A stretch of 64,000 nt of DNA from a virus (Duplodnaviria > Caudoviricetes): positions 1 through 64,000 of IMG/VR virus record IMGVR_UViG_3300006217_000025, one strand, 5' to 3'. The notes under the pieces were generated by a model. It was not told the origin of the DNA, did no database searches, and saw only the letters and a program-made list of their open reading frames with translations. Of the stretch, positions 11,216 through 21,863 are shown piece by piece. Both the position numbers and the translations under genes were made by a program. Position 1 is the first letter of the stretch. Each line of letters begins with the position of its first letter.

Positions 11216-11397
11216 TGTAATTCTCCTTTTTTCTTTTAATGAATGGGCTAGATTGATTTATTAAGAATCTATCACTATTTGTTGTAAGTGAACCAATAAT
11301 CAAACAAACATCCCATGGACTGTTTGTTTATAACTATAAGAATAATTCAACAAGACTGGGAGACTAGGGGGTATTTATGGATAAATCCATCTTCCAT

Positions 11398-11817
11398 TTA
11401 TCTCTTATTTGCTTTTTTTATTTTTTGATAATCTTCATATTCAATCCATCCTCCGTATTTGATTACTTTGGTTAACCATTTATAGTTAACATTTGGATAT
11501 TTAAACCAAAATAGTTTACGTTTTAATTTAGCAACATTGTCAGGCATTCCTTTAATATCTATAACTTCTTCACAACCATTAGAATAGACTAAATAAAAAT
11601 CAGCTATATATTTTATAGCTTGAACTGTTTTGCCGTTTCTTTTAAATTTTTCTTGTAGTATGTATTCTTTTTGAAGTTCAAAGCTAATAATTTCACCGGA
11701 TTCGTATTTTGGTTCAACGACTTCAATATAGAATTGCATTTCCATTTTAGAATCAAATACAATGCCTTTGTAACTTCTTTCTATTTTATTAGAAGATACA
11801 TTATATTTGCTTCTCAT
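11398..11817 (-). CDS. DUF1064-type PD-(D/E)xK nuclease / resolvase-like protein
   Basis: GIVFDSKME...FELQKEYILQEKF...YIADF...VIDIKGM motifs. Confidence 0.75.
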   Translation of the reverse strand: MRSKYNVSSNKIERSYKGIVFDSKMEMQFYIEVVEPKYESGEIISFELQKEYILQEKFKRNGKTVQAIKYIADFYLVYSNGCEEVIDIKGMPDNVAKLKRKLFWFKYPNVNYKWLTKVIKYGGWIEYEDYQKIKKANKR

Positions 11818-12052
11818 TGTTCAAATTCTCTTTGTGTTTGAGCCACTTTTCATATACAGGATTGCTTTCATCACGACTAACTACATATACCATAATATCT
11901 TCATCTGTTTTAAAGTCCTTACTTGGATAAAAATCCAATATTTCTATCCCATGATTCATATAATAAGCCATTTGTTTCATATTTAACAATCTAATTACTT
12001 TACTAGGCTCGTAGTACCGTCTAGTTGTATCACTGTAAATCATTTCTTTCAT
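11801..12052 (-). CDS. Conserved phage hypothetical protein
   Basis: ORF track; overlaps the next gene. Confidence 0.6.
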   Translation of the reverse strand: MKEMIYSDTTRRYYEPSKVIRLLNMKQMAYYMNHGIEILDFYPSKDFKTDEDIMVYVVSRDESNPVYEKWLKHKENLNNEKQI

Positions 12053-12061
12053 ATCGCACTC

Positions 12062-12976
12062 CTATGAAAATAAATCGGGCACAGATTCGATAACCTTTGC
12101 TCTAACTTCATCAAATAACTTTTTAAAATCAATGACTGGTTTTTTGTAGTCCTGAACAATATTCCATGTTTCTTCTTCAACTAAAACATGATAGCAAGTA
12201 TTTAATAATCTAGGGATTAAAATCTTTTTTTCGACATTACCATTTTCGATAATTTTATGATATTCTTTGTCAACAACAGATTTTGTGATGTATTTATTCA
12301 CAATTCTTTTCTCAATTGGGGTATCTAGATTTTTGTAAATATTTTTTCGACTTTTATCGGCTCTAGTGCTCGCAAATTCTTCACTAATTACTTTTGCCCA
12401 AACAGTGCGCCCGTATTTGTTAACAAAATCTGGTCTATGAATTACAATTCCTTCTCCGGTGCCAAATCCGTCTTTAATTAAATATGTATTTTTAGTCAAT
12501 AAAGCTTCTATATCGTTCTGTGAGGGATTTTCTATTTTAGCTAATAACGGAATATAGTCTATTTCAAACTCTTCTAACAGAGGCGTATAATCTTCGTATC
12601 TTAAATATTCAAACTTTGTTCCATCATCTTCTACAACATCAAACACATAAAATTTATCCCATGCGTTGTCTTTATATGTTTTTAAAGAATGAGGTTTTAA
12701 AAACTCACCATATAATCGGTGAGTAGGGTGCTTTTCTAAATATGATTTAATCCTTTTGTCTTTTGTGAAATGCCTCCAAAAGCCTTGATTATCTTGATGT
12801 TCTGATAATTCTTTTCTACGTGAACCAGCTTTCACTTCTCCGTTATCTAGGTATAAACAACCATTTGTGCCATCAATTTTTGGCATGATATAACAAGTCC
12901 CGTCTAAAATTCCTTCAACATCTTCTGTACCTAATCTACAGATGTGTTGATATGATTTGTATTCCATTTTTCTCAA
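12062..12976 (-). CDS. RNA ligase (Rnl2-like nucleotidyltransferase)
   Basis: Motif I PKIDGTN, LYGEF, FYVFDV, GEGIVI, WAKVISEEF. Confidence 0.8.
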   Translation of the reverse strand: MRKMEYKSYQHICRLGTEDVEGILDGTCYIMPKIDGTNGCLYLDNGEVKAGSRRKELSEHQDNQGFWRHFTKDKRIKSYLEKHPTHRLYGEFLKPHSLKTYKDNAWDKFYVFDVVEDDGTKFEYLRYEDYTPLLEEFEIDYIPLLAKIENPSQNDIEALLTKNTYLIKDGFGTGEGIVIHRPDFVNKYGRTVWAKVISEEFASTRADKSRKNIYKNLDTPIEKRIVNKYITKSVVDKEYHKIIENGNVEKKILIPRLLNTCYHVLVEEETWNIVQDYKKPVIDFKKLFDEVRAKVIESVPDLFS

Positions 12977-13079
12977 TCTCCTTTTTTATTCAATTAATAT
13001 TTTCAAATCTCTTTTTCTCTAACAAAAAAAGGCTACAAAACTCTTAGATAGTGAGTAAAGTAGCCTAATATGTTAATCA

Positions 13080-13451
13080 CTATCTATTCTTTTTAGAATA
13101 TGTTTTAGCTTTATACTGAGGCTGCTTCGGTTGAACTTTCCCAAGTTCAGAATTAGAAGATCCAACTTCCTTTGTTCGTTGATTTTCAATTTCAGCTAAC
13201 AAATTTTGAGTAGAGTGAGTAAAAGTATTTTTGATACTTAAATCAAACTTCTTTAAAGCTGTATAGGCTTCATCGGCATCAATTTTTTTTGCATAGAAAG
13301 AAGCCACTGTATTATAAATATTTTTACAGTTTTCAGAATCAAAACTCATTTTCCACGTTTCTTGTGTCATTCCTTCACGACAATTAGGACAATAAATTTC
13401 ATATTCTTTACCGCAAAGAACGCAATTTTTTTTGATTTTTCGAGTCATCAA
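13080..13451 (-). CDS. Hypothetical protein with CxxC...CxxC zinc ribbon
   Basis: CVLCG...YCPNC; GGAGG RBS. Confidence 0.65.
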   Translation of the reverse strand: MMTRKIKKNCVLCGKEYEIYCPNCREGMTQETWKMSFDSENCKNIYNTVASFYAKKIDADEAYTALKKFDLSIKNTFTHSTQNLLAEIENQRTKEVGSSNSELGKVQPKQPQYKAKTYSKKNR

Positions 13452-13563
13452 TAATCCTCCTTTATAAAGAAAATCAAAAACGAGAAGGATTTCTCGCTTC
13501 TCATTTTATTTATAAAAAATTATTTAGTAGAGAAGGGCAAGAAGCCCCTCTCTTGTATTTTGT

Positions 13564-14349
13564 TTAATCTTCATCGTCTTCTGCGAAATACATTTCGTAT
13601 AATACTTTATCTCCACCACAGAAATCGGCTTGCAATACCCCATTAAAAGGAATGCCGGAATCTGTATTGATTGTAAAATCAACATCTGGGGAAACCTGAA
13701 ATGAAGGAAATACAATATATGCAGAACGCACTGTATCAGCATTACATGGATCTACAGCTAGAACTTTTAATGTAAGTCTAATTGTTCCTGGGAATTGGTC
13801 GGCTCTATTAACGACCTTAACACCGTTTTGCATTAAGCGTTTATATCTTACTACAAATTGATTTACTTCTGGAGCTGGGGTTGTTGGTAATGTTATCGTA
13901 TCTCCTGCAACTGAGAATGCAGTTGAACTAGCTGCTGTGTCTTTTGAATAATCCGCAACTTTAGTTCCGTTGCCTGCGATACCGACAACACTAACTGAAC
14001 CTTCAACTAAATTTGATAATGCTATTGTTTTTTCATTAGATTTTAAAATTTTAATACTAACTGTTTCAATTGGGTTTTCTGCTGTAGCAACTAACTTTGG
14101 AGACCCAGAAGAAGCCGCCATAATATTGAAATCTAAATAAGCATTAGTAGCAGAGAATTCACCGCTTTTAGATGTTGGGAAACGTTTAATTAAAGTCCCG
14201 GTAGCATCTAAAGCATCTTTAGAATCACTTTTGATTGAAACAGATGCGTCTTTTAACTGAGTTAATGTGTATAAGATATTATTGCTAAAATCCTCAGCAA
14301 TACCCATTTGAATTCTATCAATGATGATACCATCAATTGTAAAAGCCAT
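13564..14349 (-). CDS. Major tail (tube) protein
   Basis: 261 aa, beta-rich, AGGAGG RBS, downstream hairpin, position after head-tail genes as in SPbeta. Confidence 0.7.
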   Translation of the reverse strand: MAFTIDGIIIDRIQMGIAEDFSNNILYTLTQLKDASVSIKSDSKDALDATGTLIKRFPTSKSGEFSATNAYLDFNIMAASSGSPKLVATAENPIETVSIKILKSNEKTIALSNLVEGSVSVVGIAGNGTKVADYSKDTAASSTAFSVAGDTITLPTTPAPEVNQFVVRYKRLMQNGVKVVNRADQFPGTIRLTLKVLAVDPCNADTVRSAYIVFPSFQVSPDVDFTINTDSGIPFNGVLQADFCGGDKVLYEMYFAEDDED

Positions 14350-14390
14350 ATTTTTTACCTCCTATTTTTTTGCATTTAAAAAGACAAGAT

Positions 14391-15170
14391 TTATGTAATA
14401 TACATATCTCTTGCCCAATTCAATTCTTTATCTAAATCTATGGACTTTGTATCAATCATTCCCATATACATTCCTGTCATTAATGACGTAGCACTTTCAT
14501 ATATATGCAATCTTTTAATACAATCCATAAATTCGATTAAACCAATTTCCTTTAACTCTTCACGCTTATATTTAAATCCCGGATGATTTAAAGCAGCTGA
14601 TATTAAAGGGAAAAGACGAGATGTTTTCCATCTTTGGTTTCTTCTTTTTCTTTTGTCTATTTTAATATTTTCTTCATCTTCCCAAATCAAACTTTTTTTT
14701 GTTACTTTGTTTTTAGCAAATTCATTTTTGGGATGGATATCAAGAACAGCTCGTATATAGTCAATTAATTTTTTATATCCACATTCATCAATTTGTATAT
14801 CTGCATTATTTAAATAAACTAACACTACGTGCGTTTCATTGTCGTCTTCGCTATTCAATGTTACAGGATAAAGTTTGCTTAAATCAAAGTCTTTAAGAAT
14901 AATTTGTGTTTTTGCTTTTGATAGCAGAGGAATTAGAATTTTGTAAAACAACTCAAAATCAGTTAGATCATTCCAGTCAATGCCATTATTCCACAGCATC
15001 AATCTAAGGCTTGTTGTGTTAGCGCACAGTAAATAGGCCATATCCCAAAATTGCTGTTCGCCATAGTCAATAATTTCTCCGATGGTAGGAATTCTTACAG
15101 AAATACCGTCAATAGGAGAATAGTCATATCTATAATACATTTTCAATATATCAAATGATTGATTCATCAA
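14391..15170 (-). CDS. Tail-completion-region hypothetical protein
   Basis: ORF track; synteny. Confidence 0.55.
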   Translation of the reverse strand: MMNQSFDILKMYYRYDYSPIDGISVRIPTIGEIIDYGEQQFWDMAYLLCANTTSLRLMLWNNGIDWNDLTDFELFYKILIPLLSKAKTQIILKDFDLSKLYPVTLNSEDDNETHVVLVYLNNADIQIDECGYKKLIDYIRAVLDIHPKNEFAKNKVTKKSLIWEDEENIKIDKRKRRNQRWKTSRLFPLISAALNHPGFKYKREELKEIGLIEFMDCIKRLHIYESATSLMTGMYMGMIDTKSIDLDKELNWARDMYIT

Positions 15171-15748
15171 AATTTATTCCTCACTTGATTTATTGTATTG
15201 TTTGGATTTTGAATGTTATAAACTAATTCTCTGTAATAATATCCTGATGTTGTTACATTTCCTCTGTCAGATTCTTTTCTTATTGTCATGCCCAATTCAT
15301 TAGACCAATCTAGTTGCTCTTTAATAATCAATGCCAATAAATCGTGTCGAGAAATACTATAATCTGTTTCAATATCATCCTGATATGAAACTGTTCTAAA
15401 TGTCAGTTTAGTTCCTATAACTTCGCCACCATATCCTATTTCATCAACATCAAAGCATACATAGTTTTTAACTGTATCCTTTAACTCAGGTAGCCTTAAA
15501 TAATCAAAAATATGAATATTTCTGTACGCATCACCGTTAGATACTGGAATAGAACCATGAAGGGCAGATAATAAATCTTCATTGTGTGTAAGTAACTGCA
15601 TAATCTTATACTTATATCTAAAAACACTATCCATACTGATACATTGATTATTCCCTTGAGTTATATCTTTTCCCATACTCCGATTCAAAACATCTTGTAA
15701 CTCAAAAGATAAAATTGGTTCTTTTTCTTTTGGATCAAAAATTACCAT
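15167..15748 (-). CDS. Putative tail terminator/completion protein
   Basis: ORF track; synteny upstream of the tail tube gene. Confidence 0.5.
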   Translation of the reverse strand: MVIFDPKEKEPILSFELQDVLNRSMGKDITQGNNQCISMDSVFRYKYKIMQLLTHNEDLLSALHGSIPVSNGDAYRNIHIFDYLRLPELKDTVKNYVCFDVDEIGYGGEVIGTKLTFRTVSYQDDIETDYSISRHDLLALIIKEQLDWSNELGMTIRKESDRGNVTTSGYYYRELVYNIQNPNNTINQVRNKF

Positions 15749-16920
15749 TATAACTTTACCTCCATTTCAATAGTATCGCTATTACTGTTATTAAACACTT
15801 TAATTGATACAATATATCCAACCATATTTTTATTTGTACATGCTATATCAATAGAAGTAGGGGATATGCTTATATCAAAATAATCTGTTAAATCTTCTAT
15901 CTGATATTCAACATTATCAATATATATATGGAAATCACAAACTTCTTCTGTATCTATATTTTTAGTTGCATTAACCGTAACAGCTGTCCCATTAACATAT
16001 ACATATTTGTCGCTAGATTCAAGTTTCCATACTAATTCTTCACTTTCATCAGTTTCAATAGGTGGTAAGCCCTTTGATGTGATACAATCGCAAATATTGT
16101 GATAGTTATCACCAAACCCGGTAGGCAAATTTGGAATAGGTAAATCGAATACAAAATCCCAATCTTTTAAATCGTTTATTTTACCACTAAAATCAGTATG
16201 GGGATTGAATAACCTTTCTTTTAGGTATATCTGTGTTGTACCAAGAGGAGAGGTGTCTTTAATCTTGACAGCCTCATATACTTGGGGGTTGTTGATATTA
16301 TCACTGATAATAAATCGATGACCTAATTTAATAGTATTCACAATTTGATTTGATGGTAAAATAACAGACATTTCGTCATTTATTGTTGTTCCGCCAACAT
16401 TAGAATCATTAATTAGATTTTTCATAGAGGAGTCTTTTGCATCTCGAATAACTGCTAAACAATTATGATATTTATTATGAGTAACCCATTCTAAACACCA
16501 ATTGCATTTATAAGCATTGTATCTATCAAAAGCAACCCTGTCATCTTTATTTACAATTAACCATTTCTCGTATATATTTTTTTGATAATCATATACATCA
16601 ATATAAAAGCCAAATCTTTCACGTTTATCCTGTTTATAATATAAATTCATATATTCAAACTCTGGATTAACATTTGGTCTGAAATGAACATAATATTCAA
16701 TCTCTTCTTGATCCGCTCTATGTGTTAGATGCTTTTCAAAAGAGAATTCTATATCATCAATATAATTCATGTCCCAATCATAAATTTTGCCTTTTTGATA
16801 ATTTCTATCGTTAGTGAATGTTTTATTCTTGATATAGTCTGACTCGTCAATCAATCTGCCCCCCAGAGCACCGTTGCGCTCTAAAATTAAATTCATTCTT
16901 TTATTAAATAAATTCAACAT
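15748..16920 (-). CDS. Putative head closure / head-tail joining protein
   Basis: ORF track; synteny with SPbeta-like phages. Confidence 0.5.
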   Translation of the reverse strand: MLNLFNKRMNLILERNGALGGRLIDESDYIKNKTFTNDRNYQKGKIYDWDMNYIDDIEFSFEKHLTHRADQEEIEYYVHFRPNVNPEFEYMNLYYKQDKRERFGFYIDVYDYQKNIYEKWLIVNKDDRVAFDRYNAYKCNWCLEWVTHNKYHNCLAVIRDAKDSSMKNLINDSNVGGTTINDEMSVILPSNQIVNTIKLGHRFIISDNINNPQVYEAVKIKDTSPLGTTQIYLKERLFNPHTDFSGKINDLKDWDFVFDLPIPNLPTGFGDNYHNICDCITSKGLPPIETDESEELVWKLESSDKYVYVNGTAVTVNATKNIDTEEVCDFHIYIDNVEYQIEDLTDYFDISISPTSIDIACTNKNMVGYIVSIKVFNNSNSDTIEMEVKL

Positions 16921-17243
16921 TGCTGTTCAACTTTTTCATTATTGATTCTATCAATTAGTTCATGCATATCAAAAATCAATTTTCTATAAATTTTAAAGTT
17001 AAATTCTTGTTGTAAAAATTCAATTTTGGCAGATTCAACTAAATTCATAATTTCTAAAATTTGAGTAGGGTACAAAAGCAATTCATTTAACCCATTTAAT
17101 CTTAATTGGACTTTATCAATATAGTCTAATAAAAGATTCGGTGCTTCTTCAGCATAGACTAAAAGCCAATGCACTAAACTATGTAGCCTTTTCTTATAAT
17201 CGTTCAATTGATTTTTTGGCACATAACCATATTTATAATTCAT
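16914..17243 (-). CDS. Head-tail region hypothetical protein
   Basis: ORF track. Confidence 0.55.
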   Translation of the reverse strand: MNYKYGYVPKNQLNDYKKRLHSLVHWLLVYAEEAPNLLLDYIDKVQLRLNGLNELLLYPTQILEIMNLVESAKIEFLQQEFNFKIYRKLIFDMHELIDRINNEKVEQQC

Positions 17244-17247
17244 TTTA

Positions 17248-17688
17248 CTAATCCTTTAAGTAGGGATTGTTATTTAATCCCCAACCTCTAAATAATTTTC
17301 TTGCTCTTAAACGAACATCCTCTTGAGCTTTCATCATCATATCTAAATGATTTTTTTGAGATTCCCATTTTTCATCTTTAGATGTAACAAATAGCAACGT
17401 ATGTTCTAAAGAATTGATTTTTGATTCATACCAAGCTACTACCATATACATAGAGACTAACACAATTTCATTTCTGTCTAAATTTGATACAAATTCTTCA
17501 ATTTCATCGTCTTTTTCAAAGGAATTTTTAATTTTCAATCCTTCCAATTCTATGTAAGCAAGAGCATCATCAAGCCAACCCAATAGTATTTTTGATTGAT
17601 CTTTCTTAGTAAACTTAGGTAAATCCTTATCTTCAATTCTTCTCGAAAAGGCTTTATAAATAGTTTTGTAAGGCGTACCCATTTTCAA
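17248..17688 (-). CDS. Putative head-tail adaptor
   Basis: MGTPY...EIVLVSMYMVVAWY helical adaptor-like pattern; synteny. Confidence 0.55.
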   Translation of the reverse strand: MKMGTPYKTIYKAFSRRIEDKDLPKFTKKDQSKILLGWLDDALAYIELEGLKIKNSFEKDDEIEEFVSNLDRNEIVLVSMYMVVAWYESKINSLEHTLLFVTSKDEKWESQKNHLDMMMKAQEDVRLRARKLFRGWGLNNNPYLKD

Positions 17689-17694
17689 TTACAA

Positions 17695-18279
17695 TTATTG
17701 TAGTAAACAACGCAGGTCTTTACCACAAATTTCATCAATTGCTTTTATTTTTTGTAATGAATCAAATTCATCATTATGAATTCTAGTTGCTACTTCTTCT
17801 ACTAAAGCCTCTGCATATCCTTTAGGTAGTTCTTCTAACATATTTCTAAACTCTGTATTTGATAAAGATAGTAATTTATCAATATCTGCTGATTTAGCTG
17901 TCTCATACATCTTTTTAATGTCTTTCCAGCGTGGCTGTTCTAAGAATTCCTCATCTTCAATAACAAATAAAGGCTCGTATAAATACTTTGATTTTTTGGC
18001 TTTTAAAGAGTTTAAATCTCTGACTTCAACTTCACAGGTGTCGTCTCTATTTGCAAATACGTATCTGCTTTCAGATTTAGCCCCAATATGAATAAGTTTA
18101 CCACCAGTAATTGAACGACACATAATCATATCATCTTCTTTATAAACTCTTGGTTGTTTAATTTCTTCTACAGAAATCACTTTTTGCTCTTTTCCCTTTT
18201 CTAGTTTTACTGTTTCATCATTGCCCACATCTGCGGATTTAGATTTAGCAGCTTCTTTTGTAGTTGGTTTTGTTGTCAT
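17695..18279 (-). CDS. Hypothetical protein downstream of the capsid gene
   Basis: ORF track; AAGGAG RBS. Confidence 0.65.
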   Translation of the reverse strand: MTTKPTTKEAAKSKSADVGNDETVKLEKGKEQKVISVEEIKQPRVYKEDDMIMCRSITGGKLIHIGAKSESRYVFANRDDTCEVEVRDLNSLKAKKSKYLYEPLFVIEDEEFLEQPRWKDIKKMYETAKSADIDKLLSLSNTEFRNMLEELPKGYAEALVEEVATRIHNDEFDSLQKIKAIDEICGKDLRCLLQ

Positions 18280-18347
18280 TTTGTTTATCTCTCCTTTTAA
18301 TCATCATTTAAAAGAAAAGGGGAGCATATTAGCTCCTCTCATCTCTA

Positions 18348-19442
18348 TTATTCAGCAATTTTAATTTGACCGAACTTTCTGTTAATTACAGTTGCAACAC
18401 CCATTTTTTGTTGGTATTCAGCTTCCATTGTCATGTCTCTGTTTTTATTAGAATCTGTATTTTCGAAGAATTGGGCTGAACCTTCATTAACAACTTTAAT
18501 AAACTTATTATCCGTTAAAGGCATTACTAACAATTTATTATTATCTACTAGTTTCTTAGTAGTGTCATTTAGTCCGAATGCTTGTGGAATTTCATATAAG
18601 CCATAGCCTTCCCATACGCCTAATCGCCCTGTTGTGTGTCTTTCATTTTTCATGTCATTTGAAATCCAATTAACATCTTGAATAGAACTTAATTTAGCTA
18701 ACGCTGCCTTTGTACCCATAAATACAACTTCACAACCATTTGCTAAACCAACATCATCTGCTAGTTCGATAATTTCATCTTTATTTGCCGAAACTAATTG
18801 TAATGTTTTTGTAAATTGAGAAGTAGGCAACACTTTATCGCCAGCAGACATAATTGCTTCGTGCAACATACCATTCATTTTGTAGTCAAAAGCTTGATAG
18901 ATCTTTTGAACAAATGTTGCCCAATCAATCTTGCCAGACATAAAATGCTCAAATTCTGCGTATATCTTCACTCCATAATGTGAAATTTTAACTGAGAAAG
19001 TTTGGCCTTCCCCTAAACGTTGTCTGATAAGATTATGATGTCCGCCAGAAATTTCGCTTACCGTTAAAATAACTTCATCTTTTACATAAAATTCATTAGT
19101 ATCTCCGGCATCTAAATTTTTATATTCTACAAATTTATCAAAGAAATCAGTATTAATCCATCCAGTTTCTAATAAATTTGGAACAATTTCCTCAATGATT
19201 TCATAAATATCTATTTTATGTCTACGAATAGCTTTACGTAATTCCTTCTTACTAGTATCTTCGCTGATGCCTAAAACTTCATTGAATACTTCTCTGATTC
19301 CATCATTTGCTTCATCAGCAGAATAATTTGATTTAATTTGGTTAGTTGCTGTATCTACTGTTAGTCTAACAAATTCATTTAAATCACGTTGAGCAAAAAC
19401 TTCTCTTGTACTAGGGTTTGAAAAACTCATTCTTTTAGTCAT
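18348..19442 (-). CDS. Major capsid protein
   Basis: 364 aa, strong RBS, GGAGC/GCTCC hairpin downstream, follows scaffold and decoration genes (SPbeta YonB position). Confidence 0.8.
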   Translation of the reverse strand: MTKRMSFSNPSTREVFAQRDLNEFVRLTVDTATNQIKSNYSADEANDGIREVFNEVLGISEDTSKKELRKAIRRHKIDIYEIIEEIVPNLLETGWINTDFFDKFVEYKNLDAGDTNEFYVKDEVILTVSEISGGHHNLIRQRLGEGQTFSVKISHYGVKIYAEFEHFMSGKIDWATFVQKIYQAFDYKMNGMLHEAIMSAGDKVLPTSQFTKTLQLVSANKDEIIELADDVGLANGCEVVFMGTKAALAKLSSIQDVNWISNDMKNERHTTGRLGVWEGYGLYEIPQAFGLNDTTKKLVDNNKLLVMPLTDNKFIKVVNEGSAQFFENTDSNKNRDMTMEAEYQQKMGVATVINRKFGQIKIAE

Positions 19443-19462
19443 TATTTTTATCCTCCTTTCTA

Positions 19463-19939
19463 TTAAGCTACCTTTTTAACCAATTTACCGTTTGTATTAG
19501 CTGTAACAATATCTCCGACTTCTGGAACGGCAGCGAATCCTTCTGCTGATAGCTCAAAAATATCATTGATGTCTAATTCATAAGAACGTACAATATCACC
19601 TTCGACATTGTAGAAATTACTTTCATGTTGCATTTGAGTTGTATATTCGTGGTATATTGTAGGTACTTGTAAAATCAATAAGGCACCTGCTGGTACTTTT
19701 ACTTCAACGTAGAAGTTACCATTAGATGCCTTATCAAGTACAATTGCCTCAAAATCTGTAGGAGTTGCCCCTTGTTTATAAACATCAGGTCGCACGTACT
19801 CTCCTTTAGAAATTATTGTGCCGTTGTCCATATCTGAAGATAAAAGGATATTGTGAATATGTTCACCATATGTAGCCTTTAACTTAGAACTTCCGCAAAC
19901 AGCATGTTTAGTCTCAAAATTTAAAAATGAAACAGCCAT
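19463..19939 (-). CDS. Capsid decoration/cement-like protein
   Basis: 158 aa between the protease/scaffold and MCP genes. Confidence 0.6.
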   Translation of the reverse strand: MAVSFLNFETKHAVCGSSKLKATYGEHIHNILLSSDMDNGTIISKGEYVRPDVYKQGATPTDFEAIVLDKASNGNFYVEVKVPAGALLILQVPTIYHEYTTQMQHESNFYNVEGDIVRSYELDINDIFELSAEGFAAVPEVGDIVTANTNGKLVKKVA

Positions 19940-19953
19940 TATATAAGCCTCCT

Positions 19954-21624
19954 TTATTTATCTTTTAATATTGTTCCATAAGGATTCTTTTTATGTTCCT
20001 TACTTGGTAATCCAAATTGTTTTCTTGTTATTTTATTAGACTCTTTTGTATCAAATTGCCCAATTTCTCTAACACATTTAGCAAAGGCAATTTCTGCTTT
20101 ATCCTTTAATTCGGCAACAGAATATTGAGATTTATTTGTAATTAATTCTTTGAATTCCTTTGTTTCTAAATATGTTTGATAATGTTCTTCTGCAAATACT
20201 TTATCTTTTTCAGCATTTAAAGCTTCTGCTTCATAAGAATTAACTTTTTCTTGTAAAACAGTATAATTAGAGCGCATTGTTTCTAACTCGACTTTTTCTG
20301 ATTCCGTTAAGAATTCTCGATACAATTTATATCTTTCTCCATCTAAAGAGATATTGTCCCCGTCTTTAATATATTTGCACCCATAGATAGAACCGTTTCG
20401 GCATCCTTCAAAGACAAATCTGTCATCATAAACAACAGAAATCCAATACCAATCGTTGTCTAATTCTTCAAACTGTTCAATTAAAGCATAAAGTCCGCTT
20501 CGAATATCTTCATGACTTAATTCAAATGTGACTGAAACGTCTCCATTTTCTAAAACTTCATATTTTTTAGAATTCGATGTTTTTTTCTTTTTATCATCGT
20601 CAATAACTTCTGGTTCATTATCTTTTGCTGTCTCTGTTGGTTCGCTGGTTTCGTCATCTTCAGAAGAAGTATCATCAGGTTCATCATCTGTTACTTCAAA
20701 CAATTCCGCAAACTTAGCTTCTAGTTCTTCATCTGACAATCCTTCAATTTCAAATGAAATATCTTCCTGTGTTTTGCCATATTTATTTAATAACTCTTCA
20801 AGTTTATTCATATCATGACCTCCTTCCTTTGAATTTTGAATATTGAAACTTAGTAGAGTAGAGTTAAGCTTCTCTAAAGTATCAACCAATTTTTCGTTTA
20901 GATTTTTTTGTGTAAATAACGAATTATTTTTCACACTAAAATCCTCAATATCAGCTCTTGATCCCAACATTCCTTCTTTGACTTCGGTTTCTGTTCCGTC
21001 TGAATAAACGTGAGTTCCCAACAAAGTAACGCCCTCATATCTGTAATCTTGAATTTCCAAATATTTTTCTTTTGCGTTGTAAGAAAATGAATAAATTAAA
21101 ATCTCACAACTGACTTTTGTACCGCCTTTTCTACGTATGATGGATGCAGTAGGGGTGTAAGATTCAGGGATCATTGCATAAGCACAAATATAAGTTTTAT
21201 CTTGCTTTTCGTCATATTCTAAAAATGGTTTTTCCTGAGTGAATGCCCCTACCTGTTTTTCAATATAGTTAATTTCTTCTTCACCATTTTCATTTGTGAC
21301 AATTTCCATATTATGACTATCAAAATCATATTCTCCATTACTTAGTTGATGAATTGCAGCCAAAACTGGACGCATTTTCAAAGATGACATAGCTTTCTTA
21401 GCTACTTCCTCTTTAATGAAAGACCTATTTTCGTTCAATAAAGTATGGGAAGTTTTAATCTTTAACCTCATCAAACCATCAGCACTATTTTCTTCAGTTG
21501 ATTCATATGTAGTAGGAATTTGTACTGCTAAAGAAAACCCCGATTTTTTTGATGAGAACTCATTAAATTGATAGGTTTCACAGAAATTAACCAAATCTGA
21601 AATTGTTAACAATTTCTTTGTCAT
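19954..21624 (-). CDS. Prohead protease-scaffold fusion
   Basis: N-terminal protease-like region (SHTLLNENRS...KVSCEI...EGVTLLG), acidic linker, coiled-coil C-terminus. Confidence 0.75.
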   Translation of the reverse strand: MTKKLLTISDLVNFCETYQFNEFSSKKSGFSLAVQIPTTYESTEENSADGLMRLKIKTSHTLLNENRSFIKEEVAKKAMSSLKMRPVLAAIHQLSNGEYDFDSHNMEIVTNENGEEEINYIEKQVGAFTQEKPFLEYDEKQDKTYICAYAMIPESYTPTASIIRRKGGTKVSCEILIYSFSYNAKEKYLEIQDYRYEGVTLLGTHVYSDGTETEVKEGMLGSRADIEDFSVKNNSLFTQKNLNEKLVDTLEKLNSTLLSFNIQNSKEGGHDMNKLEELLNKYGKTQEDISFEIEGLSDEELEAKFAELFEVTDDEPDDTSSEDDETSEPTETAKDNEPEVIDDDKKKKTSNSKKYEVLENGDVSVTFELSHEDIRSGLYALIEQFEELDNDWYWISVVYDDRFVFEGCRNGSIYGCKYIKDGDNISLDGERYKLYREFLTESEKVELETMRSNYTVLQEKVNSYEAEALNAEKDKVFAEEHYQTYLETKEFKELITNKSQYSVAELKDKAEIAFAKCVREIGQFDTKESNKITRKQFGLPSKEHKKNPYGTILKDK

Positions 21625-21680
21625 GATGTCCTCCTTTCAATTAAAATAAAAAAATATCTCACAAGAGGAATATGAGATAA

Positions 21681-21863
21681 TTAAAAATACATTTTATTCG
21701 TATATACAATTTTTAATTTGCTTTTGTCAAAATGGCTAATTTTATGATTGTTTATAAATGTATAAAATTCCCCATTTTTAGACAATTCTTGAAATCCAAG
21801 TTTTTTTAATACTTGTCTACTATTATCATCTTTAGTTAAGATAAAATTGTTTGTATTATCCAT
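21681..21863 (-). CDS. Small conserved phage protein
   Basis: 60 aa, coupled to the portal stop codon. Confidence 0.6.
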   Translation of the reverse strand: MDNTNNFILTKDDNSRQVLKKLGFQELSKNGEFYTFINNHKISHFDKSKLKIVYTNKMYF

